A stretch of 64,000 nucleotides of DNA from Eledone cirrhosa (Eukaryota), in the NCBI GenBank assembly GCA_964016885.1, contig OZ024749.1, positions 248,001 through 312,000 on the forward strand. The letters are read 5' to 3'. Numbering within the stretch: the stretch's first letter is position 1; every line of letters starts with the position of its first letter. Shown piece after piece: positions 61,936-64,000 of this stretch. The notes beneath the pieces are model-generated. The model saw nothing but the letters and a program-made list of their open reading frames with translations, searched no databases and was not told the DNA's origin. The translations under genes and the position numbers were made by a program.

Positions 61936-62630
61936 ATATATATATATATACACACACATGTGTATAATCTTTGTTTAATTAACCATACCTTTAGGATATA
62001 TATGACTACTACACAGAATTCATTCAACCACAGGTATATTTCACTATTATCACCTGTTACTATAATTCATATCCTATATTCCCATCTTTCTCTACCATTC
62101 CTCTACCATATCTTAATCAAACTCTGCCAGATTTTTTATTTTCTATCTCTTCAGCTCCTTCCATTTTTTTCCCTATATTCCTTGAATATTTATGCTTATA
62201 CTGACAGCCAGCATGTGTGTACATGATGGCTGCAAACTCTGCTAAGAGTATTGCAATAGCTTGTCGGATTATAGAGTTTGGTGCACTTTTAGGTTATGGC
62301 CAGCCACATGAACCTGTAACAGACCCTGAATAAGCAATGCCTGTACTTTGAAGGATTTTAAAGGTGGCAAAAGGCCTTACACTCGACCAATTCCACTCTC
62401 TGAGTATCGAAAACACTCCCCGAAAAGGAGAACTTGTCAACATCATCGAATGCTTCCGAAGCCGCAGGTTTATTTTCAGTTTCCTTCTCCTAGAAAGGTG
62501 TTGTGACAACAACTGGGGGCCTTTCACTCCCAGGTAAATAAAAAAAAAGTACTATTTGGATAACCGTTGCATCTGCTGAGTTCCTCCACCCTTTACCGGG
62601 TCTTGTATTTCATCCCATAGAGTGTCCAAA

Positions 62631-64000
62631 TGGCATTAAGTTAGTTGACCAGGTCATGAAGGTCACAGAAAGAGTTATAGCGCAACTAATCAGAGAGCGA
62701 ATTGATCTAGATGAAATGCAGTTTGGGTTTGTGTCAGGTAAAAGTACCACAGATGCTCTTTTCCTTGTACATTTGAAACATGGAAGCATAGCCTAGAATC
62801 AAAAGGCCTTAAAGTTAACTTGTCTAAGACTAAAGTTCTAGTCTGTAGAAAGGAAAATAGGGCACAGGTGCCCTCAGGGAAATGGCCATGCTCAGGAGTA
62901 GGCAGAAATTCCATTTTATGTCCCAAATGCAAAGTATGGGTACATAAAAGATGTAGTGGGATCACAGGTAAACTATTTAAGAACGTAGACTTTATATGTG
63001 GCCAATGCTCAGGTGCAATAAGCAGCAAGTGTCCAAAGGATACTAGCTCCTTCTATTGCCCAGATGGTTCTATAGAAATAGTAGACACTTTCCGTTACCT
63101 GGGTGACGAAATCAGCAGTGGTGGAGGGTGTTCTGAAAGTACAGTAGCCAGAGTCAGAACGGGATGGAAAAAGTTCAGAGAGCTTATACCGCTGTTGGCC
63201 ACAAAAGGTTTCTCTCTAAAAATGAAAGGCAGATTGTATGATGCCTGTATACGAACAGCAATGCTACATGGCAGTGAGACATGGGCATTACGGGCAGAGG
63301 ACCTGCGTAGACTGGAAAGGAACGAAGCATGCATGCTCCGTTGGATGTGTAATAGTAATATACGTGAACGGCAAAGCATAAATGAACTAAGTGAGAAATT
63401 AGGAATAAGAGGGATCAGATCCTGTTTACTTGAGAGAAGACTACGTTGGTATGGTCACGTGATGCGCATGAAAAATGACAGCTGCATAAAAAAGTGCAGG
63501 GCGATCAAAATTGATGGTAGTTACGGAGTAGGTAGACCCAGAAAAACCTGGGACGATCTGATAAATTCCGACCTTACACACTTGCACCTCTCTAAGACAA
63601 TGTCTCTGGACCGAGATCTTTGGCGCTACGCAGTAATACAGAAGACCCACCTTGCCTATGTACAAAGCGAAACCTACAATCAGTAGGCACCTCTTAACCA
63701 AATATACACCCCAATCCATTACCCCTACCCTATCCTCCCACTCCCACCAACAGCACGAGATAATGAGATCGAGATTGTGTAGGTGTCACGACAAAAAAAC
63801 ACACAGTCCACGCTGTAATGTGGCCATGTAGGTAACACGGTAAAAAGTTCCCACTTCCACACTGTAAATGAGGTTGACGTTAGGAAGGGCATCCAGCCGT
63901 AGAAAACCTGCCAGATAGTCCTATATGAGCGAGACACGGTCACCCGACCAGCCTTGTCTCAAGTGGGACAACTCCCGTCTAACCCATGCTAGCGTGGAAA
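62631..64000 (+). mobile_element. RTE-A-like copy with large internal RT deletion, running off the window edge
   Basis: STTDALF is joined almost directly to ETWKH; ORF 62820-63686; 3' UTR. Confidence 0.9.

Overview
Eukaryotic, extremely repeat-rich DNA. The repeat landscape resembles a coleoid cephalopod such as Octopus; this is an inference from memory, not a database check. More than half of the window is RTE-clade LINE copies from about 3 subfamilies, with (GAT)n tails, a PHD-type zinc finger inside the RT ORF, and frequent insertion in (TA)n tracts. Other repeats include a near full-length Tx1/L1-clade element inside a 72-bp satellite derived from a TTAA-type MITE, a deleted Gypsy element nested in a non-autonomous Helitron, other LINE/SINE remnants and long (GGT)/(ACC) tracts. 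A + strand host gene missed by the ORF track lies among these: 9 small phase-consistent GT-AG coding exons (8135-45071) encoding about 200 aa that resemble the N-terminus of ANKRD27/VARP-like proteins. Main highlights: (1) a near-perfect 466-bp tandem array with one minimal type I hammerhead ribozyme per unit, plus an inverted copy (retrozyme/Penelope-like), and a second, unrelated hammerhead at 4820-4872; (2) RTE 3'-end hairpins in which one arm carries 9-10 clustered A>G changes in ADAR-like context; (3) a head-to-head inverted copy of the gene's first coding exon, and an antisense copy of exon 7 in intron 1; (4) a 1-bp frameshift in exon 9.
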